DNA of 63,929 bases, counting the filler, from Circinaria calcarea (lineage: Eukaryota): assembly GCA_051942165.1 (NCBI GenBank). It is 7 parts of 7 records of this genome, joined end to end, with 100 filler letters (N's around TTAATTAATTAA, not from the genome) between each part and the next. Parts side by side here need not be neighbours in the genome. Positions count along the whole stretch, not along the records: positions 1 to 9,059 come from JAVECS010000994.1; positions 9,160 to 18,216 come from JAVECS010000995.1; 5 more parts are not named here. One strand, given 5' to 3'. How positions within the stretch are numbered: the stretch's first letter is position 1; each line of letters opens with the position of its first letter. The notes under the pieces are model-generated. The model was not told the DNA's origin. It made no database searches and saw nothing but the letters and a program-made list of their open reading frames with translations. A program made the translations under genes and the position numbers. Positions 1-12,938 of the stretch are shown piece by piece.

Positions 1-728
1 ATGTGTGGGATTGGGAACTGGGATCGGGTTGCTGTTTCCATTGCTGCTTTGTCTCTTCTTGCTTTCTCGAGAGAAGACGAGGAACAAAAGGCTCAGGACT
101 CTTATAATACAAAAGACCGGAGTTAGCGTAGTTATTGAAGAGGTCAAAGTCGGAGCACCTATAGCAGAACTACAGAACCATGAAATGAGTCGGCGGTCGG
201 AACTAATTGGACAGTAAGATAAGACCACATGATCGGTATAAGGAAGAGAGATTGGTGCCGTGTTTACAGAGAGGATACGTGTACGCTGCCAATCATGCCA
301 ATCATAAGCCAGAGATCCCTAATTAGTTTAGTGCATCTATAATTGTCGACTTTTAAACATTGCAATATGTCGGGCTCTGGCGATTGATAGTAGAAAGGGT
401 ATGTATGCAGGCTCCTTTTAAGTAGGACTTTGTTTTGTCGAGAAGACCCGAAAACTTGTAACTTATTCCAGTAGAGTACAGTGATCCTGTTGATACTCAT
501 GTTACAGCCTACTTCCTTCTGCTCAATGGAGTTGAAATGCTGCAACTCCTCCAGCAAATTTATTTCTCTCGCCCCAGTTCATTCTAGCTCCCTTTCCTAA
601 GCGAAGCCTTTAACGCACCAAGAATTATCACCACTCACTAATCGAACTTTCAAAACCCCAGGAACCAAACTCACAGCCAGGCGCAGGATATATACTTCTT
701 TGCGACCTCTCCACAATATCTGCAAAAG

Positions 729-1404
729 ATGGCCCCCGCAACCACCACCGTACGTGACCCCATTTCACACCGCTTTGCTGTTCTCCCACGGCCTCATTGC
801 GAGGTCCGGGAATCCCCCAAGAACAGTAGGCTAAGGCGAAATTTCCTCGACGAATATAGAAGACCGCCAAGTCGGGAGCAAAGGGCAAGTCCGCGAAAGT
901 AACCAAGAAGGTACGTTTCCCCCCTCTTTTTCTCCTCCTACACTTTCTTCCTCTATAGAAGAGCTCGAACTGTTTGCTAGATGCTAATACGTGAGCGCAT
1001 AGTTCATTATCAACGCCTCCCAACCCGCCTCGGACAAAATCTTCGACGTCGCCGCCTTCGAAAAGTTCCTGCACGACAAGATCAAGGTGGATGGCCGGGT
1101 GGGGAATCTAGGGGATACGGTGCAGATCAGTCAGCAAGGGGATGGCAAGATCGAAGTGATTGCGCATACGGATTTCTCAGGGAGGTATCTCAAGTATTTG
1201 TGAGTTGCCTGCTTTTCGGAAGGGGGGCGTGGTGGCCTCTCGTATTGTGACTGGGACTAATGGTTTGGACTCGATAGGACGAAGAAGTTCCTCAAGAAGC
1301 AGCAGCTGCGGGATTGGTTGAGGGTGGTGAGTACGAGCAAGGGGGTTTACGAGCTGAGGTTCTTTAATGTGGTGAATGATGATGCGGACGACGATGATGA
1401 GTAG
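729..1404 (+). CDS. RPL22: 60S ribosomal protein L22 (eL22), 4 exons (729-749, 860-910, 1003-1199, 1278-1404)
   Basis: Manual splicing at GT..AG gives [61 protein letters not shown]...[39 protein letters not shown], a typical eL22 sequence. The ORF track misses it. Confidence 0.97.
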
Positions 1405-4400
1405 AGGGCTGTCTACATGGATCTAGCGCGACTTTAGAAAAATAGAAAAGCACACCTCTGCCTGCGATTGGGTCTCTCACACTTGAAACTGGGTCTATGT
1501 CATCCAGCAGTTCGGCATACCAAGGAACGAACACGATCATGCATTCGTCCTGTCCTCCCAGAATTTCTCTCAATCCCCCGTCTTTGCTGGTTCTTGATCT
1601 CCCGAGTGCGCATCCATCTCCTATCTGAAGAACAAATTTTTTGCCTGCCCCAGAACATATCAGTCCCAACTATCAACTCTACTCTACTCCAGCTAATCAA
1701 AGACTCTAACAGACTTAACAAACATCAAGCACAGTACGAAACCGCCACTTTCCCTATCATCCTCCATAATTTCCCCCCCCAATCCCAAAAACTCCCTAAA
1801 GTGGCCTACCCTCCATCCATATCCCTTCGCACCACGCCTGCTCACCAAATGCGATTTCTTCAAGGCTGATTGAATGACGCCTACGGCGAGGGAGTGTTCG
1901 GTAGACGGATCGTATTTTTTTTTCTCGCGTTTGAAGTGCAGTGTCTCAAAGGGGGGGGGAAGAGTTGGAGCGGAATGGTAGCGCGGAGATACGCCGGTCA
2001 GGATTTTGAAGCTCCCCCTAGCCCATGGAGTTTGTTTGTTTGTTTGTGCTTTTTGGATAGTGAGTGGGATCTAACCTCAAGACGTGGACTCCCCCATCCA
2101 CAAACGGCCTCACCCCCCCTTTTTACGGATATAATCCCGGAAAGCAAGACATTATATATACTAGGTAGCTGGTCTATTTCCAATGCTAACCGTCGATACC
2201 ACATGCCGCGGACTCCTCTTATAGTGCCTAAATTACCCGAGGGGAATTCTGTCGCTTTACTGTAAACCAGCATGATGTTGGATCAATGAAAGTTCTGTTT
2301 CGGCTTTGGTTGGGTGGGTTCTCTATACGCTTCGTTTTTATTGCTGGAAAGGGAGATCCACAACATAGGCTACTCGTACGCATTTTTCTTTTTTCTCTGA
2401 GAGGAATTCTGCCGAAAATCCTGGGTTTTTCCCTTTTTGCAGCCGCTTTCTCTCACCATCTATCCAAAGGGAGGTGTCTGTACTTCCTTTCGTGTCCTAT
2501 TCGTTTAGAAATATCGACCAAGTGGAAGAAAGGGCTTTGAATGATTGGGAGTCTCCGATTTTTGGAAGGGCAACAGAGCCATGACGTGCCTTATGCCCAT
2601 CCCTAACTGGTAACGGTGGCAGAAGATATATTCGCTCCGTCACCCGCTGGGCTGCAAACGGTCTCGATATTATCCTCCCCGCTACCCTTTTTGTTTTGTT
2701 TTTTCTCGATAATTACCTGACCCGCATTTCTCCAGTGCCACATTTCTTACCCCACCTGAAAGAAGAAGAAAAGGTATAGCAGGGCGTACCCGAAGCGCAA
2801 GGACCGTGAGCTCTCCTGGCGCAGCGCTGCTAGAAAGTTGGATGATGTGATACTGGCTCTTCCGCGCGTGGCTACGAACCTAATGTCATGGGCTCGAGGA
2901 GGACTTTGCAACGTGCTACGCTGCGATTCTCGGCCCCCGGCAATCAATCCCCAAGTGACCCCAATCGGGGAGGTTGACTTTCCATCTCTTTCAAGGGGTA
3001 GAGTAGCGGAAACGGGAGAAAACTACGGACTTGAGGATTTTGGATCCCCGATGCTCCCCAGATTCGGCGTAGTTCTGGGGTTTTGGTTGGCAGCTTTTGC
3101 ATCGTTAGTTATCCGTTGATATAGTTGGGGAAATTTTTTTTATAAGAAAACATCATATTTCCTCTTCCTTTTGAAGCCACACAACCATAAGAGAAACACC
3201 AGACGCAGAACCCCGAAGCCTGTGGTGATTGAGAAATAATCGATCGAGACCTCGAACTTTTGCGAGGCACTTGGGTCAAAGGTTCCGCTGCGAGGGATGT
3301 GGGGGTGAGCACGTTTGGGGCTTTTTGGGTTCCAGGAATTCCTCGTTTCGCATGACTGGTTTTGGCCTTTTATCTAAAAGGTAGTAGGGTGTGAGGTCTT
3401 ACTTTGGGGAAAAACATATCGCGGGCGAGAGAGCGTGGTGGATGATGTGATAGAGTCACGAGCTGAAGAATACCATGTTTGAGCTATTATCAGCGAGTTC
3501 TTCATCTGCTTCTGCTCATGCTACATATAGATTTAAGACAGGGAATTTCCTGGTGGTGAGCGGTGGAAGGGAAGGGATGGAGGGTTGTATCATCGTACTT
3601 GAGGGGAGGGGCTTGGAGGTGCTGGTCGATGGCAGCTGTAGGGCTTGGGGAAGTTCTATGTTAATTCTTCTGGACTGCGGAGGGAGGTGCTAAGATCCAA
3701 GTTCTCCTACTGGAGCCCGCTATAATCTGTTGGCTCGTTGAGAAGATATGAGCAGAAAAAAAGGTCTATTGGTCCACGTCCCGTCTTCGTCTTTGATGGC
3801 CAGCAACCGCCAACTTCTCCTTCCCTTTTAATCGAACGCTCTTGGCTGTTAGAGCAGTCTGAAGGTTGTTCCAAAGGAAACAACACCCCACCATAAATGT
3901 CGTCTCTCAGTCTTTGACGCCGGAATACGGAGTAAGAATCGCATGATTGATTGAAACCTGCGCAGTGGCCCTTGACGAGTCCGTAGGGAAAAGATCGCTA
4001 GGATCGAAGCTCTCGCGGTGTTTATAAGGGTCTCACCAAGGTAACTTCCGATAATTTAGTATAAGATTCAGATGTTCCTTTTCTTGCATCGCCTCCGCCA
4101 TTTGCTTCAAGACCAGGGACTCCTGAATCTGACGTCTGGGGGACATCTCAGTCAAAGGAATTAGGATCAAGCCGACAGGGTCATCAAAACCCACACCGAT
4201 ATCACTCTAAAACTTGCAAGTATTCAGGGGAGGTAAGATATAAGCTTGTCAGCAACTTCAAAGCTGCACACCTAACGTCATTCATGTCTCTTGAAGACAC
4301 CTTTCAACCCAAGCTAGTAGCGCCAAGATTGGCTGCTTTGGTAATAACACATCACGCAAGTCAACAAGTCCCAACGAGGAGCTATCTCGTAGAAACCCAA

Positions 4401-5333
4401 GGGAGAAAAAATCCTTTGAAACATCTACTATGAAAGACGGGTATATCCATAGCTCACACAAGCGAATTTCGATAATTCAAATAGGACCAATTGACAAGGA
4501 GACAGCGTCCTCGTATAAGGATAATTGATACAATAATAGTATATGAATCTACCCAGCGAAGGAAAATAGAGAAACATACAGATCAGCTCCAAGGACCTTC
4601 AAGCAAAAGGAACAGTCTAGAAACCAATCAGACGTGGGTAGTATAGTCTTCGCGTTGAATAGTTGAGCGATAATGCTATTCCCCTCTCACCATACCCAAG
4701 GAATCAGCCCGGACAATCCCGTTCCTGATACTAGTGAAAGGAAGCTTGGAATAAATGCTGCAAGCTTCTATCGATCGTTAAGAAATCCAGTAAATTCGCA
4801 GAGTCACAAAGGAACGGAAGTATATCTAGGGTCATAAGAACTTCCGGCATCTTGCTGCAACAGTGAGCCCATGTCCTTGAAACCTTGGTCCTGGCGATTG
4901 CATAAACTCTAAAACCCGTATCGAGCAATAGCAAGGCCGTGAATGTCTACCAACAGGCAGAGCGGTTAATGTGCGAGACAGCGATGGTCATGGGATTAAA
5001 GCTCACAAATTTTATTGATCAAAAATATCTAGCAAAATTTCGATAAGAGAATTAGATTTACGGCCACGGCCCATTGTTAGACAGTTTGGTAAGTACGGTA
5101 GAAAGCCGATACTAGCATCTCTAAGCCAATACTGCAAAATGTGGCGCTTCAACAGAAATACACTTATTTGTATAGGAGTGTTGTTACCCTAGGATTATAG
5201 GAAAAGGAGAAAAGGGATGTTCACCTTAGCCGGTATTAAGATTCTAGGTCCGAACACGCCAAGGACATCAGTTACTCAGACATAGGTATGTTGACGACAC
5301 ATAAGCGAGATGCTTGGAAGTGGAATGGATGAA

Positions 5334-6632
5334 TCATAGGCGCCTATAAAGATGGAGTTGATACCTCATATCCTCCAAATCCAAAGGATATTTGAGCCCT
5401 TGAGGCAATCTGAACCACTTGGAATCTTCGGAGACGACCTTCTCCCACTGGTTTCCTTGCGAGGCGTCCTTGCCATCTCCAATCTTCGATGCATCCATAA
5501 GTGTATGATCAAGAAGCCATTGCATGGGATATTTCTTGGCCGATCCTGGCGGACTCCGGCCAACATCCTTACCTAGGTTGACGATAGAATAACTTCCCGG
5601 GCTATCAACCACGAGCAATAGAGATCCTGGTTGCATGAGATAAGTCAAGTTCAGAAGGAGATTGGTTGCTTTGCTCATCGATGTGCTGTACAACTCGTTA
5701 AGGGTGAACATTAGGGTCACCACAGCAGCATCTCGCACGACAGCAGCAAGACACTCGGCATCTGTGTTCAAAAGATCTTTCTGTCCAAAGGAAACCCTGA
5801 AGTTCTCCGGCTCGACAAGCGGTCCATTCATGGATTTCAAAGTGGATGAGGCGTACTTGGATAGCGGTGGACTTTTCGTAGTGCTCGAGTATAGCTTTCC
5901 CAAAACAGTCGACCAATCAGCAATGTCAAGCATTTGAACAACTATAGAGGCCATTGGAGTAAGATCAATTCCGGAAGTGGACTGGGCTTGATCCGCTGAG
6001 GTGTCATGTTTACGTGCCGTTGCATGGAGGTGATGCAAGTATCCAGCAAAGGCCACAACCTCCGCTCCGGCTCCAGCACCCAGACACGCGATATGGACAC
6101 TTTCCCTAATGCTCTTCTCCGTAGCGGAATCGGACTTTGCCAGGCCCTTCTGTGGTTCCACGTGGTTCTCAGCTGAGAATTCGGACGTCAGGATAGGGGC
6201 AATGTGCGTTGCCTTGGCCTTTAAAGAAGCACTACATAAGGCCCTGTTCAAATGGGCAGAAAGCGTAGATACACTGCATATAATGTCTAGGTATGCTAGC
6301 GCCCTGCTTGGACTCCACCGGGTCGCATATGCCTCGAGGAGATCTTGGCGGCCGAAAGCCTGGTCGAATCGTCGATTGAATAGATGATGTTTGATCTCCT
6401 GTATCAGCGAGGTCAGAGTAGTTTCAGAGAAGTCCGAGAAGCAATCTCGAAAGATGTTGAGCATCAATTGCAGAAGCTCTGATGAATAATGTTGGAGAGT
6501 ATCTTCATGCTTCACTTCTTCATCCTCTGTCGGTTTCGTGCCTAGCTTGGGTCTCTGCTTGCTTGAAGCTTTCCCACCCCTGGCATTGGTTGTATCTGTG
6601 CAGCGTACTTTCGCATCTTTGCTCCGCGCCAT
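5334..6632 (-). CDS. BMT6: 25S rRNA uridine N3-methyltransferase, Bmt6-like
   Basis: 432-aa intronless ORF with YATRWSPSRALAY, a SAM-binding CLGAGAGAEVVA motif, TLMFTLNELY, LLVVDSPGSYS and C-terminal LEDMRYQLHLYRR. Confidence 0.85.
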   Translation of the reverse strand: MARSKDAKVRCTDTTNARGGKASSKQRPKLGTKPTEDEEVKHEDTLQHYSSELLQLMLNIFRDCFSDFSETTLTSLIQEIKHHLFNRRFDQAFGRQDLLEAYATRWSPSRALAYLDIICSVSTLSAHLNRALCSASLKAKATHIAPILTSEFSAENHVEPQKGLAKSDSATEKSIRESVHIACLGAGAGAEVVAFAGYLHHLHATARKHDTSADQAQSTSGIDLTPMASIVVQMLDIADWSTVLGKLYSSTTKSPPLSKYASSTLKSMNGPLVEPENFRVSFGQKDLLNTDAECLAAVVRDAAVVTLMFTLNELYSTSMSKATNLLLNLTYLMQPGSLLLVVDSPGSYSIVNLGKDVGRSPPGSAKKYPMQWLLDHTLMDASKIGDGKDASQGNQWEKVVSEDSKWFRLPQGLKYPLDLEDMRYQLHLYRRL

Positions 6633-7806
6633 ACCTTAAGCGTGGATAAGTATAGGAAAAGAACAGGGACATAGAAGAGCAGACGTTGGATCTCGAGTGA
6701 ACAGGACGGGCCGTCGCGAGCCGATGATTGGTAGCTGTTCTTAGCGTACTTTACCTTCCCATTGCAGTTTGCAAGCATTGGAATCATCTATGCTTGGGGT
6801 GGAACTCACTTCCCGTCAACGTCTAAAGCCACTATCCGATGTCGATGGTCTTACAGACATGTGGGACATCGGCCAGCTACTCAAAGTGACACGCCAGCGT
6901 TGAGGGATGGCATCTTCTATCCGGCAAGCCATAGTTATGACGGACTCGATCACCTACCCAGTGATTGGAGTCACCCGTCGATCTTATCGACCTTGCCTCG
7001 ATACTGCTAGGCTAGAAGAATCTTGATAGGCCAGAATCGAAGAGAAGTCATCCCTACATTGATCACTCTGCTCAACCTTCAGTGTTTAAGGAGAGCCCCC
7101 GGACTTGCGCTAGCAAGGTATGATACTGGTAGGTCGGCCACATGCTGGGCGCCGGAAGTCCATAGACAAGTCCTGTCTTGTCAAGGCCATTGGCGAGATT
7201 TTATTAATGACTTGTTCTACATGATACGTTAGTAGAATGGTTTGCTATTCCAGAATTGGTGCTACTTCCGACCTGCCTCGATTCGGTCCAGTTTGTGTTT
7301 ACTGATGGTTTTCTCTTCTTATAGTCTGATATGGAGCTATTAAATAACAGCCTTTACACCTTACCTTGTCATTGCATCTTCATGTAGTTCTCCCTCTTGC
7401 GTTATGGTATCTCCTATTCAGGATATGCTGGGTACCAGGGCCAGCAGTGCTACCGTGAAGCTCAGAGATGATCATTTCCCTGATGGCATATGAGTTGCGT
7501 CACAAAATGCAACATTGGCTGCTTCCTGCCGCGGTCATTCTCGGTCATATGGTGCCTTCGAAAAACAGCGTCTTGTTAGAAGATACTGATCCCCTCTTTC
7601 TGCATTTATATAGCAAAGTGGTCATACATATTCTGATAACTTCAACGTCCTTTGACAGCTGTGATGGCCCTATTCTATTTTTCTTTAATGATTATTGATA
7701 AAACTTCAGGCCTGATCCGATAGCAAACATAATCTTCTGGAAATAGTATACGGTTGCTGACCAGCTTCCCAAAGCTTTTTTGTATGTCAAGCTGACTATA
7801 GCGTAG

Positions 7807-9059
7807 ATGAGCCTACTAATCTCAAATCTACTGTTCACAAATCAAAGGGAATCCCAAAAGGAGAAGGGATATCTGTGTTTGGATCATTTAGAGAACCTAA
7901 GACTTTTCAATACCCGGGCACTATATGCACTTTCGATGTTTGGAGAGTGCCGTTTGACCAGTGCTCCAATCGAGCTCTTCAGACGTCCATTACATCCGGT
8001 TGATGCTCGTTTACACAACTCCAAAAGATGTATACATGCTTCCTTACCTACTTGGCCGAAACATTGCCCATTTCTTCAATCTTTCAACCAGAGATGGATG
8101 CTGCCCCCCCTTCCCCGCGACAATAACGGCAGACATGAAGTGCCCTGTACCCTTGACGGTTTCAGGTTTTTCAAGATCGGAAGGCATGCCTTGCAGACTG
8201 TTAAGTCTCGACTGTCGACAGCTCGTTACGTTCCCATAGAACAGCATGTTGAGGTCCTCGGTTGCAAATTCACTATCCTATTGCCGCGTTCCTACAAATT
8301 GGTAATGTTCAAAGATGCCATAATTCAATTTTACAATGTTGATCTATGGAGTTTCGTCATCAATCTACCGCCTACCGCAATGGCGATCATAAACCGCGCA
8401 AACCCTGGAGACTTGATTGATAGAATGTTCCCATTCTACGTGTTTCCCTCTGGAACACGTTATATTGCGTCTTGCTTCTGGTCGTGGTTGTGTGTACTCG
8501 ATGGTGAGGACCTCTCCGTTTGTCTCATCAAGCTTTTCTAGCTAGAACACCGTTTCGGCTGCCCACATCAAACTCCATCGTCCATATATCAGCCACAAGG
8601 TGAAGTACCTTCCTGCTCATCCCTCGGCAGACCTTACCGAAGACAGCGACACCTCAAATACCCTCGACCAATGTATCGACGTCCTCTCTGCCTCCCCATA
8701 CGCTCCCCTGCCCACCAACAACCAATGCCTCCGCAGCATCGGTGCGCTTCAGTTCATGGTCCAAACAAGCACTCTCACATCACCAGGTCACGACAACACA
8801 TGCACCGTTCGAGAAGCCTGGAAACCCGTGTTCTGGGCCGAAGTCCTCACAGTCGTCCAAGCGCTCCGAGCCGAAAAAGCCCTGCATGGCCGAAACTTTA
8901 GCTTAAGCGACTGGATGCAGCTACGGATCCTCACAATCTCAGGTGCGTCCTCCAACCAAAAGTCAAATCCCTATGTATTCCTGACTTACCCCACCTCACC
9001 ACAGCTCGGCCCCTTCTCGTCTTAGCCCGCGCCTCCCTCAGCCTTGCCCCTTCCCTCTC
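7807..9059 (+). CDS. Class I terpenoid synthase-like protein; start uncertain, 3' end cut by the contig end
   Basis: Splicing intron 8504-8630 creates WLCVLD-DLTED (a DDxxE/D motif). Splicing intron 8943-9004 gives WMQLRILTISARPLL (Rxx(T)IxxxP effector-triad-like). The expected NSE motif would lie beyond the contig end. Confidence 0.65.
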
Positions 9060-9159
9060 NNNNNNNNNNNNNNNNNNNNNNNNNNNNNNNNNNNNNNNNN
9101 NNNTTAATTAATTAANNNNNNNNNNNNNNNNNNNNNNNNNNNNNNNNNNNNNNNNNNNN
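9060..9159. other. Artificial contig linker N44-TTAATTAATTAA-N44
   Basis: Identical 100-nt spacer with stop codons in all six frames, occurring six times in the window. Confidence 0.99.
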
Positions 9160-9597
9160 GAGGGGGGCCAGTGGGCGCACAGGGCTAACATTTTGGTTTG
9201 AAGTATTTGAACTTTTTACCTATTTCGGGGAGCAAAAAAGGGGGAAGGGGGTGGAAGGAAGACTTTTTTCTCTATATTTTCTTTTTAAAAAAAATCCTTC
9301 TCTATAAAAAAGTTATATAAAAGTAAAATAATCTATAGCCTACCCTTTCTTTGTTCTAAACACGGGATCGGAAGAGAAAGAACGTAGTATCTGGGTGGAA
9401 TTTATAACCCGTCATTTGCGCGTGGTGAGGTGAGGCAAGGTGAAGTGAGGGGAGGTGAAGGAGAGAAGGGAGGGAGATGGTGAAACGTGCATGCTCCATG
9501 ATTCCTTTCCTTTCATCTCGGCCGTCACTTTTGGTAACGTAGATGAGATCCTCATCCGGCTCTTCCTAGGCTCTTCTTCCTAGGCTCTTCACCCTCG

Positions 9598-10628
9598 TCA
9601 CCGATCCCGTCCCAGCCGTTCCTCCCCATCCTCTTCCAACTCATAAGCCGGTCTATACCACACCCCCTCGGGTCCTTCGCTTCGTAGTTTCGGGTTCGGA
9701 TGCGTGTCCGTCGTGCCGCCCAAACTCGTGTATCCCCGATCGTAGAGCTCGCAGTAGGGAATTTGCAGGTGCCGTAGGAACTGTGTATGGGGTTATGTCC
9801 CCCTGTCGCGTCAGCCACGCGCTCTCTGTTTAACTCGGGGACATGGAAAAGAAAGAGGGGCAAAGCTCACACTCCAAATCTCGGCGTAATGCCAATCAAT
9901 CACCGGATGCACGCGCATAAACCCGGGCCAGCCGTGGTCCGTCATATCGAAGAAGGTCAGATCCGCCCCATGCGGATCCGTCCGCCGTGTACCCACGAAG
10001 ATGGCGCGCACGGCCGGGTTCTCGGCCAGGTAGGCGGCAAAGGCAGCCTTCATGCTGTCTCGGGCGTAGCGGGCGAGGCAGAGGCGGTAGTGCTGCGAGG
10101 AGGCAGTGACGAAGGCGTCTACTTCGGGGAAGGGATGTGGCGGGACGATGTAGATGGATTGGAGGTGGGAGGACAGGGAAGGGTGGGTGGAAAGGGAGGC
10201 GAGGTAGAGAATCAGTAGGACGAGGCAGTCTTTGCCGCCGTTGTAGGAGAAGGAGAGTTGGGGGAGGCTGGGTGGGGATAAAACGGGGGTGTCAGCTTTA
10301 GGATTTTTGGTGGCATGTCTTCGCTTTCAGAGAGTATACTCGTGAGGAGTGTCTTATGGAGGTAGGTTTAGGAGGAAGGGAAAGGGGAAAAGGGGAGGGA
10401 GGCTTCTTCTTACGTATAACGCTCTAGCGCTTCCTCGATGACCCGGAGAGAAATCCGCGTCTGCGCCTGAACGCGCCGTAGTCTTTCCGTCGGGACATCT
10501 TCCTGCAAGAACGCCTCGACGCGGGTGTGCAGCGAGGAGCAGAGGGCGTGCAGCGAGTCGGTGCCATTGGGTTGCGGGGCGGGAGTCTCGGGGGTGCTGG
10601 TGGTGGTGCTGGGACACGGCTCTGTCAT
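9598..10628 (-). CDS. FAD1: FAD synthetase (PAPS-reductase family), 3 exons; last exon has two apparent homopolymer frameshifts
   Basis: Motifs LSFSYNGGKDCLVLL, AIFVGTRRTDPHG, MRVHPVIDWHYAEIW, PYCELYDRGYTSLGG..T.PNP and (after frame correction) YRPAYEL...ERLGR. Confidence 0.9.
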
Positions 10629-11098
10629 GACCAGACCTGCAGGTGCCGTTTACTGCATCGGGCGGTGGAGGAGGTGCGCGCGAGATTGATCGTGGACGGG
10701 AATCGGGATGGCATGAGTACTACGTACCTGGAAGTTGGCTGTGGTTGTACTGTAAGATCACAGTAAGTTTCTTAGTGCAAACGGCGGACTCGACCGCCGA
10801 CAGAAACCCCCCTCCCCCCGAATGGTCGGGGGCTTCAGACGCTGGGCTGGAACATGCAAGTTGCCCGCCTAGTGCATACCACTAAATTTGTGATATGCTC
10901 CAGCGGATACCTACGCCAGGCGAGCAGTCAGGATATATACATGCGTGCCAAGGCTGTCAATGAACCATTACTGGTATGAGTGTATTGATGCTTATGATGT
11001 CGAATATAATATTCTCCTATCTATCCCGCCCAGAAAGCTGATGGGTCCCAAGCATTGACGATCCTTTGTCACATTGATACATGGGTTAATCGTTGAAC

Positions 11099-12216
11099 TC
11101 ATCCCCTATTCAACGTATTCCCACTCCCTTTCGGATTCGCCTCCGTAAACTCATCCCACTCCCTCGCCTTCATAGTTGCCAGATCCGCCTTCTCCATATC
11201 ATCTTCATCTACCACTTCCTGCACCCCAGATTGTTCCCCACCACCGTCAATTATTCCTCCCCGTCGCCTTTCTTCTGCCAGGTATTCGTCTATCGTCATT
11301 GTTGGCAAGCTATGATCTGCTTTAAAAACTCCACTTCGTACGTTTTGTCGATTGTCGAGGAGTACGAAGGGTTTCAAGGGTTTCCCTTCTTTACTGAGGA
11401 TGGGGCCTGCTTTGCTACCGTTGAGAAGTTGAGATATTGGGGGATCGAGGCGATCGGAATAGGGGTCTTTGGTGAGGCCATTGCGTTGGCGATAATCTCG
11501 GGCTAAAGACTCAGGACCGGGAGGGGGAGGTGCTAAGGCTAGAATCTTGAGTTCTTGGGATATGAGGTCAAGTGCATGGAAGGTATGGTGAATGTTGAAC
11601 TGGATTTCGGTGAGGTAGAGGGTCCGCAAGGCGGAATCGTCATTTTGAAGGGCGGATTGATTGTGGGAAAGGTGCTGAGGAACCTGTCAGAGTGAACCGC
11701 CGCAAGTAATGGATGGCTTGTTCTGACCTCTAGCTTCCGTTTCAATTCTTGTTCCTGCTTATAGCGAGCTACCTTGATCTCTCTCCGCGCCGATGGGTCT
11801 GAACTTCCTAGTATCGAGAAAGTGTCCCTATCATCCTGATACCTCTCGTATAGCCTTCTATCGCTCTTTGATAACAAGCTGTATGTATCCAAGAGGCCGA
11901 GGTACCGCTCATAAGCTTGTTGTGCTTGTTGCAGCGTCGTCTTGCGTGTAGAGGTAGTAGTTTTTGGTATCAGCTCCCCAAGATGATAATCGATGGAGAG
12001 ATACTGTAGATCACCAGAGGGAATGTCATCCTCGGTCTCATTTGGACTGAACAAGGATACTTGATCCGCCAGTCTCCGACATTCTTCAAAGGAGGATATG
12101 GCGGCTCGGAGACTGTCCTGGTAGATTTGACTGGTGGTCTCCCAATTCTCGAGCTGCTTGGATAACGCCTTTGCGGCGGCGTACAAGGTTCGAATGTTGG
12201 ATTGTAACTCGGTCAT
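11099..12216 (-). CDS. TAP42: Type 2A phosphatase-associated protein TAP42/alpha4, one intron at about 11676-11728
   Basis: SLFSPNETEDDI...LQYLSIDYHLGEL, ARREIKVARYK, VFKADHSLPTMTIDEYL and the canonical C-terminus KAREWDEFTEANPKGSGNTLNRG. Confidence 0.93.
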
Positions 12217-12938
12217 GTTGGGTAATAGTCGTCGACTTACGGTCAGAATAAGCTGATGACTTGCCCAGGGTACTTAGTAAGTTCAGAATGTCAAATGATG
12301 TACTCTCCTATTAGTATGATGGTAGAGCAAGTAGATATTGTGTTGCTTGAGGGAAAAGTCGGTAACCGTACTCGATCCCCTCCCTCTAAATGGCCTCATT
12401 CAGAAGCTGGTCTATAACACCACTCTCAAGGCGAGAATGATCTAACATGTACATATGAGGTACTTTCTCTTTAGGAAACAAGTCTGCCCTGGCAGCCGCA
12501 GAAGAGTAGAGAATCCAATCTCCGTGTGAACCTTGTGTTTTGCGAGCCATCCACCGAAATTTGGTGGAGACCTCCCGCAGCATCCATGTTGCAACTCATC
12601 AGTCTCTGAAGAAAAAGGGTTGCGCCTTCCAGAGATTGATGTTAGAAAGGTGGATTTCAAATCTCAATTGCGTCTTCGCTGTGGATGCTTCGAGACTGGC
12701 GTAATGTTGTGAATGATATTTTGGTCCTTCCATTTCCCTTACAAACGGCCTCCCCTGCACGACTGTCATTTTACGGTACACAACTATGACTTGCGTGTTT
12801 GTTACACAAACATCACTCATCGGTTATTGAGCTTCACAGACAATTCCGTTCGGATTATCTCTTGCCACCTTCATTCACTCATTTGCCAGTCCCTATTGAT
12901 GCTACATGTCACACTACCCCAGTAGGGTCTGACCACTC

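Noticed and set aside
628..1250. ORF-track proteins 628-1074(-) and 981-1250(+)
   Set aside because: These are shadow frames of the spliced RPL22 gene.
9104..9115. TTAATTAATTAA palindrome recurring every ~9.1 kb as a biological repeat or CRISPR-like array
   Set aside because: It is always embedded in exactly 44+44 Ns, as expected of a six-frame-stop concatenation spacer.
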